From NCBI RefSeq assembly GCF_963921235.1, contig NC_086124.1:16368001-16432000 (forward strand): a DNA stretch of 64,000 nucleotides, in the 5' to 3' direction. Both the position numbers and the translations under genes were made by a program. Each line of letters opens with the position of its first letter. Within the stretch, counting starts at the first letter, position 1. Source of the DNA: Mobula hypostoma (Eukaryota). Shown here one piece after another: positions 1 through 12,090 of the stretch. Below the pieces are notes generated by a model. That model worked only from the letters and a program-made list of their open reading frames with translations, did not search any database and had not been told where the DNA came from.

Positions 1-1890
1 CCTGTCTGCGGACCGGGAAGCTTGCCACCAGTGACAGTTCTACGTGGCGCTTATTACGACAGCAGGGATAGGAGGGTAGAGAGAAAAGTTGTGGCTGACA
101 TTAAACATAGGAAAACGTAAAATGGAATTGCAGGAGAAATAAACTCACATTCGGATAAAAAGTTCAGTTAATTTATTATCAATATAAATATATGTCACCA
201 TCAAGAAGCACAATTCATTTTCTGGCGGGCAAAATAACCATTCCTGTCTTGATCACTGACTGAGAAGACAGCATGTCCTCCTGGGTAGTGTTATACTAAT
301 AAAAAATTAGTTTGGCCGTCTCTGGAGTGGAGTCTAGACCTCTTCTGGAGTCGTATAAAACTCTAGTTGGGCCTCCTCTGGCGTGCTGTTCAAAAATCTA
401 GTTCAGCCTTTTCAAAGCTTAAAGTTCGAAGCACATTTTACTATCAAGGTATGCATAAATTATTCAATCTTGGGGTTTGTCTGCTTACAGGCAACCACAG
501 TATCCAATATTAAAAAAGATCAACACCCAATCTACAGAGAGATAAACAAAACAAATCAATTTGTGAAAACAATAAAGCAAATATCACCATTCAGAATGAA
601 ATTGAGTCCATAAACCTTGAAGCCAAAGAGGATTAGAGTATAAAAGTCCAGTTCAGCCTCCTCTGGAAAACTACATCTAGTCTGGTTGTTGCATTATAGG
701 AAATAATTGAAGACTTTGGAGAGGATTCAGAATAGATTTAGACAATAAGAACAGAAATAGGTCATTCGGTCCATCGATTTTGCTCTGTCATTCCATCATA
801 TCGGAGTTAATATCCCTGTCAATCACGTTTTTCAGCATTCTCTCTGTGACCTTTTGTCTCCCTGACTAATCAAAAACCTATATCGCAAAGCCGGAAAAAC
901 AAGCTTTTCCCTCAGTGTTTACTCTTCCCTGTCTGGCCTGCTGAGTTCCTCCAGCATTTTGTGTGTGTTGCAAGCATGTGAAGAAGATTGGTTGATAGGC
1001 AATGAGCAGAGTAGGAATAAAGGAGGCCTTTTATGGTTGCCCGATCCTCTTAATAGCTGCTAGGAAAATTATTAACACTTTCCTTAAACAGGAATTTTTC
1101 CAGGTGTCTTCAAATCTGTGGCTGTAAAACCCCTACTTACTAACTACAGGCATAGATCAAAACTTCCCTTCCTGGGCAAGTTTCTTGAGAAAGACATATT
1201 TAAACAGCACAACTTTTTGAATGAGCCCATTACATCAATACCAATCAGTTGGAATACATCCATATTTATCCCTTCTACCAGCACTTGTCCTGTAACCTGG
1301 GTAATTGAAGTGATTGACAAGACATTTCTAAAATACCATTAGGCACTCTGCTTTCACCACTTTCTCTGGTAGAGTGTTCCAGTTACTCACCCTCAATTTA
1401 CACCCCCCCCCCACCATGTCCTGCAGGTCTATCTACTTCTGATATGGGGGAAAGTTCTCTGCAACCTACCCGATCTCAACCCCTGATTATTTACTACACC
1501 TAAATTATCTCCCCTCTTCAGCATGGATCATGGCTGGGTCAGTGAATGTTTGCCATCTACATCAAATATTGTCTGGATGATAATATTTTAACACCGAACA
1601 ACAAATTTGCTGATAGCAGCAAGATTGGGGATGTAGTGGACAATGAGGAAGCTATTGAAGCTTGCAGTGTGATTTGGGAATTATTGCGTGAATGTGGAGT
1701 CGCAGGTAGCGAGCCCACAGAGAGAGTTCTAAGCACATTGGCCTTCATAAATAAAAACATTGGGTACAGAAGTTGGGATGGGGTAATGAAAGGAGATTAT
1801 GAGAGTAAATACATTTTTGCCAGGAAAATATACAATTAATCATGCTCTCCAAATGCTCACAGACGGCAAAATATTGCAGACACTGTGAGT

Positions 1891-1906
1891 GGCTCTAAAA
1901 AGAGCC
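1891..1906 (-). terminator. Retained histone stem-loop of H2A pseudogene 1
   Basis: GGCTCT-TTTT-AGAGCC with a fully paired stem; no recognisable HDE. Confidence 0.85.
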
Positions 1907-1937
1907 TTTGGGTAGCTGGGTTTCATATTCTGCCTCT

Positions 1938-2195
1938 TCACTTACTGGCTCCGCCGTTTTTCTTGGTGCGGCCTCGTTACCGGGTGATCGTCACCTCTCC
2001 ATATGATGAGGGCCTTCTTGTTGTCCCTAGCCGCGTTGCCAGCCAGTTCAAGAATTTCAGCCGTCAGATACTGGAACACAGAGCCCAGAAAGACCGAGGC
2101 TCCGTCACCCACTCACTCAGCATAGTTGCCCTTTCTCAAGAGGAAATGGGCCGGGGACGAGCTTTCCTGCTGGTTTTACTCTGTCCACTCTTTTG
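1938..2195 (-). pseudogene. H2A pseudogene, unit 1
   Basis: Aligns to the intact H2A ([18 protein letters not shown]; ends KKNGGASK-stop) but has lost the ATG and carries several internal deletions, including [18 protein letters not shown]. Confidence 0.95.
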
Positions 2196-2758
2196 AACAA
2201 GCTCAGCAATACTCAGAGAATGAGAAAATTCTTCCGGCCCTCGGCTTCTTTGTATACCCTGTGGGGATGCAATCAGACAATCAGGATTGGTGCGGAAACG
2301 CTTAAGCTGAATGGAGAACAAATAAACCAGCGAGAAAGCCGATTTATTCACTCATCAAAATCAAAAGCGCAGAAGTAACTTCTTACCCGCCGAAAATAAA
2401 CTGAAACATGAAAACAGCCCGCCAAAAATCCTTTCTTCAAACCGAATCTAAAATAATCATTACTGATCTGCTTGTGGAATAATTCCCCGCATTAACCCAT
2501 TAATAAAGTCCGCCACATCTAATGTTTGCGTAGCTAATATTGCATAAGTGTTTGGGTATTTCATTTAACGATATGTCCACTCTGAGAGAACAAAATCGTT
2601 TTTCAGTTGCTGTTCCCGGTCATTGAGTAAACTGCATGATGTTACGAGTTGCTCTTCGCAAACTACGGCTGGAGTTTAGCCTGCAATTTTGAAAAATATA
2701 TTGGTGAAAATACCGCCTGGCATTGAAATTGAATTAAAAGAATATGACGAAAAAATTG

Positions 2759-2799
2759 CAGCTCTGTTAACGAAATAGTGAGTGGCTCTTAAAAGAGCC
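2759..2799 (-). terminator. Histone 3' stem-loop (2784-2799) and U7 histone downstream element, H2B unit 1
   Basis: Minus strand reads cccaaa GGCTCTTTTAAGAGCC actca ... AACAGAGCTG. Confidence 0.95.
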
Positions 2800-2831
2800 T
2801 TTGGGTTTTCGGTTTGTTTTGGCAGCACTCT

Positions 2832-3203
2832 TCACTTGGAGCTGGTGTACTTGGTCACCGCCTTTGTCCCCTCCGACACGGCGTGCTTGGCCAGCTCCCC
2901 GGGCAGCAGCAGGCGCACTGCGGTCTGGATCTCCCGAGAGCTGATGGTGGATCGCTTGTTGTAATGGGCTAAGCGGGAAGCCTCGCCAGCGATGCGCTCG
3001 AAAATATCATTCACGAACGAGTTCATGATGCTCATGGCCTTGGAGGAGATGCCGGTATCGGGGTGAACCTGCTTCATCACTTTGTAGATATAGATGGAGT
3101 AACTCTCCTTCCTCAGCCTCCTGCGCTTCTTGCCAGTCTTGCCTGATGGTTTCGGCAGCGCTTTCTTAGCGCCCTTCTTGGGAGCAGGCTTCTGATCGGG
3201 CAT
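2832..3203 (-). CDS. H2B: Replication-dependent histone H2B, unit 1 (123 aa, intronless)
   Basis: [17 protein letters not shown]...[26 protein letters not shown]...AVTKYTSSK. The ATG is at 3203 (the ORF track begins at an upstream non-ATG codon). A stem-loop and HDE lie downstream; TATA, octamer and CCAAT motifs lie upstream. Confidence 0.98.
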   Translation of the reverse strand: MPDQKPAPKKGAKKALPKPSGKTGKKRRRLRKESYSIYIYKVMKQVHPDTGISSKAMSIMNSFVNDIFERIAGEASRLAHYNKRSTISSREIQTAVRLLLPGELAKHAVSEGTKAVTKYTSSK

Positions 3204-3255
3204 TTCTTCCGTCGATTTCAGACTCAAATAAACAGGATTTCCGTCGGAGCACGTC

Positions 3256-3415
3256 TTAAATAGGAAAGGCTGACGTCAGTATGCTAATCAAGGAATGGAG
3301 CACTTGAGAATGTTCATTGGCTACCTTGAGAGACGAATCATCATCAAATTATTACGAGAAATACTCTATTTGGATATCAGAGGCTACAAATACAGTCACT
3401 CGCTCCTCTAATTGG
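3256..3415 (-). promoter_or_regulatory. H2B promoter, unit 1: TATA, CRE, octamer variant, CCAAT boxes
   Basis: TATTTAA at 3256-3262, TGACGTCA at 3271-3278, ATTAGCAT (plus strand ATGCTAAT) at 3281-3288, CCAAT at 3316-3320. Confidence 0.85.
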
Positions 3416-3490
3416 AAGCCCCTCCCAGTCTGCGGACTAGGAAATTTGCAGGCCCGTGATGTTCTCCGTGCCGTTCATTGCGACATGGGT

Positions 3491-6400
3491 TAGAAACATA
3501 GAAAGCCTGCAGCACAATATACGCCCTTCGGCTCACAAAGCTGTGCCGAACATGTACTTACCTTATAACTACGTAGGCTTACCCATAGCCCTCTATTTTT
3601 CTGAGCTTCATGCATCCACCCAGGAGTCTCTTAAGAGACCCTATCGTTTCCGCCTCCACCACCGCCGCCGGCAGCCCATTCCACGCACTCACCACTCTCT
3701 GCGTTAAAAAAAAACTTACCACTGACATCTCCTCTGTATCTACTTCCAAACACCTTAAAAATATGTCTGCCATTTCAGCACTGGGAAAAAGCCTCTGACT
3801 ATCCACACGGCAATGCCTCTTATTATCTTGTACACCTCTATGAGGTCAGCTTTCATCCTCCGTCGCTCCAAGGAGAAAAGACCGAGTTCACTCAACCTAT
3901 TCTCATAAGGCATGCTCCCCAATACAGGCAAGACCTTGTAAATCTCCACTGCACTCTTTCTATGGTTTCCACGTCCTTCCTGTAGTGAGACGACCAGAAT
4001 TGAGCTCAGTACTTCAAGTGGGAGCTGACCAAGGTCCTATATAGCTGCAACATTACCACGCGGCGCTCTTAAACTGAATCCCACGATTGATGAAGGCCAA
4101 TGCACCGTATTGTGTCCGACGGACTAGGACCCCAAGATCTCTCTGATCGTCCACACTGCAAGAGTCTTGCCATTCTGCCATCATATTTGACCTACCAAAA
4201 TGAACCACCTCACATTTTTCTGGGTTAAACTCCATCTGCCTCTTCCCAGTCCAGTTTCGCTTCCTATCAATGTCCCATTGTAACCTCTGCCAGCCCTACA
4301 CACTATCCACAACACCCCAAACCTTTGTGTCATCAACAAATTTACTAACCCATCCCCTCACCCCGCACTTCCTCATACAGGTCATTTATAAAAATCATGA
4401 AGGGTAGGGGTCCCAGAACAAATCCGTGAGGCCCACCACTTGTCACCGGCCTCCATGCAGAATATGACCCATCTACAACCACTCTTTTCCTTCTGTGGGC
4501 AAGCCAGTTCTGGACCCACAAAGCAATGTCCCCTTGGATCCCATGCCTCCTTACTTTCTCAATAAGCCTTGCATGGGGCACCTTATCAAGTGCCTCGGTG
4601 AAATCCATATACACTACATCTACGGCTCTACCTTCATCAATGTGTTTAGTCGTATCCTCAAAAAGTTCAATCAGGTTAGTAAGGCATGACCTGCATTTGA
4701 CAAAGCCATGCTGACTATTTCTAATTATCTTATGCCGCTCCAAGTGTTCATAAATCCTGCCTCTCAGGATCTTCTGCATCAATGTACCAACCACTGAAGT
4801 AAGACTGTCTGGTCATTAATTTCCTGGGCTATCTCTACTCCCTTTTTTAAATAAGGGAAGAACATCCACAACTGTCCAATCCTCCGGAACCTCTCTCGTC
4901 CTCATTGATGAATCAAAGATCATCGCCAAAGGCTCAGAAATCTCCTCCCTTGCTTCCCACAATAGTCTAGGGTACAACCCGTCCGGTCCTGGTGACTTAT
5001 CCAACTTGATGCTTTCCAAAAGATCCAGCACATCCTCTTCCTTAATATCTACATGCTCAAGCTTTACAGTCCACTGCCAGTCATCCCTACAATCGCCAAG
5101 ATCGTTTTCCATATTGAATACTGAAACAAAGCATTCATTAAATATCTCTACCATCTCCTCCGGTTCCATACACACTTTTCTACTGTCACACTTGATTGGT
5201 CCTATTCTCTCACATCTTATCTTCTTGCTCTTCACATACTTGTAGAATGCCTTGGAGTTTTCCTTAATCCTGTCCACCAAAGCCTTCTCATGGCCCTTTC
5301 TGGCTATCCTAATTTCATTCTTAAATTCCTTCCTGCAGGCCTTATAATCTTCTAGATCTCTATCATTACCTAGTTTTTTGAACCTTTCATAAGCTCCTCT
5401 TTTCTTCTTGACTAGATTTACAATAGCCTTTTTTACACTACAGTTCCTGTACGCTACCATCCTTTCCATGTCTCATTGGAACGTATTTACACAGAACCCC
5501 ATGCAAATATGGCCTGAACATTTGCCACAATTCTTCCGTACATTTCCCTGAAAACATCTGTTTCCAATTTATCCCTCTAAGTTCCTGCCTGATAGCCTCA
5601 TATTTCCCCTTATTCCAATTAAACGTTTCCCTAACTTGTCTGTTCCCATCCCTCTCCAATGCTATGGTAAAGGAGATAGAATTGCGATCACCATCTCCAA
5701 AATGGTCTCCCACTGAGAGACCTGACACCTGACCAGGTACATTTCCCAATATCTGATCAAGTATAGCCTCTCCTCTTGATAGATTATCTACATATTGTGT
5801 CAAGAAACCTTCCTGAACACACCTAACAAACTCCACCCCATCTAAACCCCTCACCCTTCCTATTCCTAACTTCCACCCACAGAGACACCATAGACAACCC
5901 CTCCATGACTTCCTCCTTTTCTGCAGCTGTGACACTATCTGTGATCAACAGTGCCACACCCACATCTCTTTTGCCTCCCTCCTTGTCCTTTCTGAAACAT
6001 CTAAAGCCTGGCGATAGAAGTAGCCATTCCTGTCCGTGCACCATCCAAGTCTCTTTAATGGCCACAACATCATAGCTCCAAATGCTGATCCACGGTCTAA
6101 GCTCATCCACTTTATTCATAATACTCTTTGCATTAAAATAGACACATCCGAAACCATCGGTCTGAGTGTGTCCCTTTACTATCACCTGCCTATCCTCCCT
6201 TTTGCACTGTCTCCAAGCTTTCTCAGTTTGTGAGCCAACCTCACTTTCCTCCATCACTTCCGTTCAGTTCACACTCCCCAGCAATTCAAGTTTAAACTCT
6301 CTCCAATAGTCTTTGCAAACCTCCCTGCCAGGATATTGGCCCCCCCAGACTCAAGTGCAACCCGTCCTTTTTGTACAAGTCACACCTGCCCCAGATGAGG

Positions 6401-6522
6401 TCGCAATGATCCAGAAACCTGAATCCCTGCTCCCTGCTCCAGTCCCTCTGCCACGCATTTATCCTCCACCTCATTCTATTCCTATACTCACTGTCATGTG
6501 GGACAGCCAGTAATCCCGAGAT
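3491..6522 (-). mobile_element. CR1 LINE: end of ORF1 SGNH-esterase plus internally deleted ORF2 (APE, RT), decayed
   Basis: ORFs 6292-6474 (GFRFLDH...YKKDGLHL), 5823-6257 (YFNAKSIMNK...ETW) and 4345-4794 (SQHGFVK...YMDF), with a tagaaacatagaaa 3' tail at 3491. Absent from the paralogous sites near 31100 and 41150. Confidence 0.92.
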
Positions 6523-6764
6523 TGTAGCTGATATTAAACAGAGGAAAATGTAAAATACAAATACAGATGAAATAGACGCACATTCAGTTCAAAGTTCAAA
6601 TTAGATTATCAAAATACATATATATCACCAAGCATGATTCACTTTCTTGCGAGCATAATAATAATTCCTGAAACTGATGGTGTAAGTCCTGAGGCTCTTT
6701 TACCTTTGTCCTGATAGCAGACTGAGAAGAGAGTATGTCCTGGGTGGCTCTATACTAATAAAAA

Positions 6765-6940
6765 ATCAGTTAGGCCATCTTTGAAGTGGAATCTAGGCCT
6801 CTTCTGGAATCCTATAAAATACTAGTTAGGCCTCCTCTGGAGTACAGCCAAAAGTCTAGTTAGGACTCCTGTGGAGTTGAGCTAAGAGTCTAGTTAAGCC
6901 TTCTCTGGAGTGCTATTGAAAAATCTAGTTCAGCCTTCTC
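6765..6940. repeat. Degenerate ~33-bp minisatellite (ctagttaggcctcctctggagt core)
   Basis: Five to six imperfect copies; paralogous arrays at ~305-412 and ~31290-31463. Confidence 0.75.
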
Positions 6941-7269
6941 AAAGTTGAAAGTACATTTTATTATCAAAGTATGTATAAATTATCCAATCATGGGATTCGT
7001 CTGCATACAGGCAGCCACAAAACTGAATTTAAAGAAAAGACCACACCCAATCTATAGAGAGTTTAAAAAAAAATCAATTCATGCAAACAATAGAGCAAGC
7101 GTCAGTATTCAGAATGAAGGCAAAGATTAGAGAATGAAATTCCAGTTAGGTCTCCTCTGGAATAGAGTCTAAGAGACTAGTTAGGCCTCGTCCAGAATAC
7201 TACATTCTAGTCTGGTTGGTACTTTACAAGAAAGAACTGAAGACTTTGGAGAAGATTCAGAATAGATTT

Positions 7270-9443
7270 AGTCCATTAGAACAGAAATAGGTCTGTCAGT
7301 ACATCTATTTTACTCTGCCATTTCATCATATCTGAGATTATCCCTGTCAATCACTTTCTTTGGCCTTCTCCCTTGTAACCTTTGACTCCCTGACTAATCA
7401 AGCACCTATCATATTCCATTTTAAATATGCTCAATGACTTGGCCTCCACACATGTCTGTGACAGTGAATTCCACTGAATAACTACCTGCTGGCTCAAGAA
7501 AGTCCTCCTCATCTCTGTTCTCAATAGTAATCTCTCTATTCTGTAGCTGTGCCATTTGATCCTAAGCTCACCCACTACAGGAAACATCCTCACCATATCT
7601 ACTGTATTCATGCCTTTTAATATTTGATAGGTTTTAATAAGATCACCCCTTATTCTTCTGAATTCCAATGAGTTGAGGCCCAGAACCATCAAAGACACAA
7701 AATATATCCACACTGTCACTCCTGGAATCGTTCCTGTGAACTTCCTCTGGACCAACTCAAATGCCAGCACAACTCTTCTCAGATAATAGGATAAAAACTG
7801 CTCATAATACTGAAGTGCTATCTAACCAATGCCTTATAAAAAAGACTCAGCTTTACATGCTTGCTTTTATATTCTCATCCTGTCAAAATGAATACGAACA
7901 TTGAAATTCCCTTCCTTACCATTGACTCAAATGGCAAGATAACCCTTATGGAATCCTGCACAAGTATTCCCAAGTGCCTTCGTACCTCTGATTTTTGAAT
8001 CTTCTCCCTCTTTAGAAAACAGTCTATGCCTTTTTTTCTTCCACCAACGTACATGATCAAACACTTCAAAACACTCTATTGCAACTGAAACTTCTTTGCC
8101 CATTCTTCAAATCTGTCTAAGTCCTTTTGCAGACTCCCAGCTTCTTTAAAACTGACTGCCTCTCCATCTATATTTGTATCATCCATTACTAGGTCTGAAA
8201 GAAGTTTCAGAGGGTTATAAATCAGGTCAGCTCCATCTTGGTTACCAGCCTACAAAGGACGCAGGACATCTTCAAAGAGCAGTGTCTCAAAAGACAGTAT
8301 CCATTATTAAGGACCTCCAGCACCCACGGCATGCCTCAGGTAGGAGGTACAGAAGCCTAAAAGCACACACTCAGTGATTCAGGAAAAGCTCCTGAATAAG
8401 CCCCCCTGCCATTCGATTCCTAAGTACTATCTCAATTTTTAATATAATGTACCTCTGGTTTCTGCACATTTATTAAAAACTATTCAATAAACTGTAATTG
8501 ATTTACTTCTTTCTTTATTATTTTTTTTTATTTTTTTCCCTCTTCTAGATTATGTATTGCATTGAACTGCTGCTGCTAATTTATCAAATTTCATGTCACA
8601 TGCCAGTGATAATAAACCTGATTCTTATTTTGATTCTGAACCTGGCCACAAAAGCCATCAATTCCATCATCCAAACAATTTACATATAACATGAAAAGGA
8701 GTAGTCTCAACACTAAACCTTGCAGTAAAGCACTAGTCACTGGCAGTTAACCAGAAAATGCCTCCATTATTTCCATTCTTTGCCTCCTGCTCTTTGGACA
8801 ATCTTCTATCCATACTGGTACCTTTCCTGTAATACCATGGGTTCTTACCTTCTTAAGCAACCTCATGTTCAGCAACTTGCACAAGCCTTTCTGAAAATCT
8901 GAATAAACAACATTTACTGACTCTCCTTTGTCTATTTTGTCTGTTATTTCCTCAAAGAATTGCAACAGGTTTGTCAGGCAAGATTTCTCCTTTTGAAAAC
9001 CCTGCTGACTTTGGCCGATTTTATCATGTGCCTTCAAAATTCATCAATAACAATGGACTCCAACATCTACCCAACCACTGAAGTCAGACTAACTGGTCTA
9101 TAATTTCCTTCCTACTGCCTCCTTCCGTTCTTAAGAGTGGAATGACATTTCCAAATTTCCAGTTCTCTGGAACTATTCCTGAATCTAGTGATTCTTGAAA
9201 GATCATTATTAATGCCTCCACAATTTCTTCAATTAACTCTTTCAGAATCCAATTGGTCCAGTTGACTTATCTACATTAAGACATTCCAATTCCCCAAGCA
9301 CCTTCTCCTTCCAATAGCAACTGCATTCACTTATATCCCAACACTCTCCAACTTCCATCATACTGCTCGTTTCTTCTACTGTGAAGACTGATGCCAAATC
9401 GTTATTCAGTTAATCTGTAATTCTCTTGTGCTCCATTACTACC
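7270..9443 (-). mobile_element. Old CR1 LINE RT/3' fragment with a nested plus-strand Rex-like 3' end (~8190-8640)
   Basis: ORFs 7351-7770 and 8747-9037 (SQQGFQKEKSCLTNLL). The nested piece reads SIIKDLQHP...SGRRYRSLK and ends in a gattct-type tail. Confidence 0.85.
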
Positions 9444-10450
9444 TGATATTGATCAGCTCAGCATAGGTGCGCAAAGCTATTGGGCAGAAGAAACTGCAGT
9501 TTGATGGACAGGGGAAGCAGACGATCCAGTTGTCTTTATTTCACCCTTTTTGTGGACTCTAAACTAATTCTTGCGGTTGGATAATCTAATCAGAAGAACT
9601 GAATGTGGACACAGAAAGCTTCAAGGAACGATTTGCTGAACCTGAGACCATTCTCTGACAAGTAGTCACTTGTTATGTAAAGAGCGTGGACTCTAATCTG
9701 ATTCTTGACTCTGGGACAATCTAATCAGAGCAACAAACCTGAGACCATTCGCAAAGGAGTAGCTACTTGTCATGTAAAATGGCAGACCAATCTGTAATCT
9801 CATTAGACTCTGTCTGCGTTGCCTCATTTAACTGGTTTGGACCAGTCAGAGTGTAAAGGCATAAATACAAAAGGCTGGGGTGGGCAGAGCCATGAAACAA
9901 TATTGGTTGTAGCCCTGTACAGTGACCAGTAAGCAGGTGACCCAGGTACATCACGTGACCTGAGCCAATAGGATGGAGATGCAATGGTTCAATTGATGAG
10001 GAACAGTATAAGACTCAGGAGCTCTAAGTAAGCAGGGGCGTATTTAGAACCCTCTCCAACAGCCATACACCAACCATTGTGGATAAGGAGGACCCCACAG
10101 ACACGTGGAGATTGGAACCATGAGGAATCCCTGTCCAGTGTAGACTCATTTCCCGGGTAATACCTTTTCTCTTCATTGACGGTTCACGGATTGTCAGGGG
10201 TTCTAGTAGAGAGCACAAAGGTAGATAGGAGTGTGAACCCACATGCTTTTTAGTTGAAATAATAAAAGTTACTTGTTGACACATACAGATTTTCTGTGCC
10301 TCACTGATCATTATTAAAAGGGGTGATTCTTGTAACAGAATTGGTGTCCCTGGCTGGGCTCGATGATAAATCTCTTTGTTCAGCAGGAGACTTGAGTCGG
10401 ACCATGTGAGTGAGGTGCAGAGATTTGGGGCTGGGTAGTTATCGGTTACT
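9444..10450 (+). mobile_element. 5' LTR (9444-10337), tRNA-Asn PBS (10342-10363) and leader of an LTR retroelement; internal region deleted
   Basis: TG...TGTAACA ends, duplicated U3 block, CCAAT at ~9965, TATAA at ~10007, AATAAA at 10261, then TGGTGTCCCTGGCTGGGCTCGA. Confidence 0.85.
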
Positions 10451-10540
10451 GGCTGTTATCAGGGTGAACCTGCTTCATCACCTTGTACACGTAGATGGAG
10501 TAAAAGCTTCAGGCTTTTCTTAAATGAGTTTCAGACACAG
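10450..10540 (-). pseudogene. H2B remnant ([15 protein letters not shown]), paralogous to 26043-26411
   Basis: agggtgaacctgcttcatcaccttgtacacgtagatggagtaa, followed by the same upstream sequence (tcagacacagaatgaaa) as at 26425. Confidence 0.9.
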
Positions 10541-10739
10541 AATGAAATGGAACTGGTTGCATCGCCAATTTAATTGGCAATGTGGTCCCCACCTGTAGTA
10601 ATGAGGAATCAGCAAAATAAGGTTCTTATCAGTAGATTTGGACAAATGAAAGCTAACGTTTCAATCCAACCCTTTTATTGGACAATAGACCAATCACAGC
10701 CTAGGCTGTCCACAGTCAACAGGGGTTAGCAATGGGTCA

Positions 10740-12090
10740 TTGGTTAACTTAAGGAGACATAAAGTTGGTTATCCAATATTGTCAACATTAGTAGAGCGTT
10801 GGGAGTACTTCATTCATAAGGTCTTCAGTTCTGTGTGGATGGGAAATGTATGTGTACAAAATATTGGCTTGTTTCATATGAAAGATGATCCCAGTATACC
10901 CCTTTTTGTTACTCCATGGTTGATTTAAGCCTTCAAGAAAATATCATTGTGAAGAATGATTGTATGTCAGTATCACAGGTAGTTCCATCATATATGCAAA
11001 GCAGACGTGATAGATTCTTGCACTCTACACAGATGGTTCAGAAGATACAGTTACAGGTCCTTCAGGTGTTTCAGTTTTGTTCCAAAGTTTCAGGTGACTA
11101 TTAAGAAAAAAAAATTATCAGATGAAGTATCAGAATTAACGTCAAAAATATTTGCTATCATTTCAGCCTTGGAATGGGTTGAAGAATTATGCCCCAAATC
11201 TGTCCATCTGTACTTTGATTCTTTTTCTGTTTTGTTTATTATGTGAAGTGTTGTATGACGTTGGTGATCATAGTCTTTCCATGCTCATGACTACTCTTAG
11301 CAAATTTTTCTACAGAAGTAGGTTGCTGTTGCCTTCTTCTGGTTAATGCCTTTACAAGTTTCAAGCTTGCCATCTATTAATATTGAACTATAGGCCAAAA
11401 ATTCTTCTTTGGATTGGACAGCAGGTTACAGGATCCAGGCTGGCGTATACAAACAAAGTGGCAGATATTATAGCCAACCAGTCATTTAAACTTAAGGATA
11501 TCAAAGTAGAAATATGAGAGATGAAATCTATAATTAAAAGGTCAATTTGATCACCATAACAACAAAGATTGGATAAGAATGGCATTTATATCAGATTTAG
11601 CTGGTGAGTACTCAACTAGGAAATTGTGTATAAAAGGAGGAAATAATTTATACTTACATATTGGACATACGAGATTGAATAACTCCTTGTTTTCAATTAA
11701 CATGGGTGATATGGACATTTGGAAAGAGAGCATATTATGGGCACTTGCATAGAGAGAGCTTGTCAAGAAAGAATGCAACATGCATTTTTTCAATGCAGTT
11801 CCTATGAGGTTCAAAGGAAGCACCTAATTGCTAAATTGAGATCTTGGGATGGATGCAATTTAACATGGAGGTATTGTTAGGATATCACTATCATTTTAAT
11901 GTAAACAAGTCTATTTTTGACGTTCTGAAAATAATGGACATTTTGATATTATTTGAGGTTAATTTTTTGGATGGCGAATGCAGTGGGTATACTTCCTGCC
12001 TCATTATTCCACAATCCAACTCAGTAGGTGGTGGTATTGCATCTTGTGTTACTCTGCCAATCACCAATCAACCTTACAAAAACAAAATTA
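10740..12090 (+). mobile_element. Heavily decayed RNase H-bearing I/Nimb-type LINE 3' part (paralogues at ~26590-29100 and ~33870-35240)
   Basis: YTDGS-like (tacacagatggttca) and FAIISALEWVEE remnants; 3' end cagtaggtggtggtattgca. Confidence 0.7.

Noticed and set aside
6765-6940. Regularly spaced ~33-bp repeats resembling a CRISPR array
   Set aside because: The context is eukaryotic, the repeats are degenerate without true unique spacers, there are no cas genes, and a CR1-derived minisatellite explains them.
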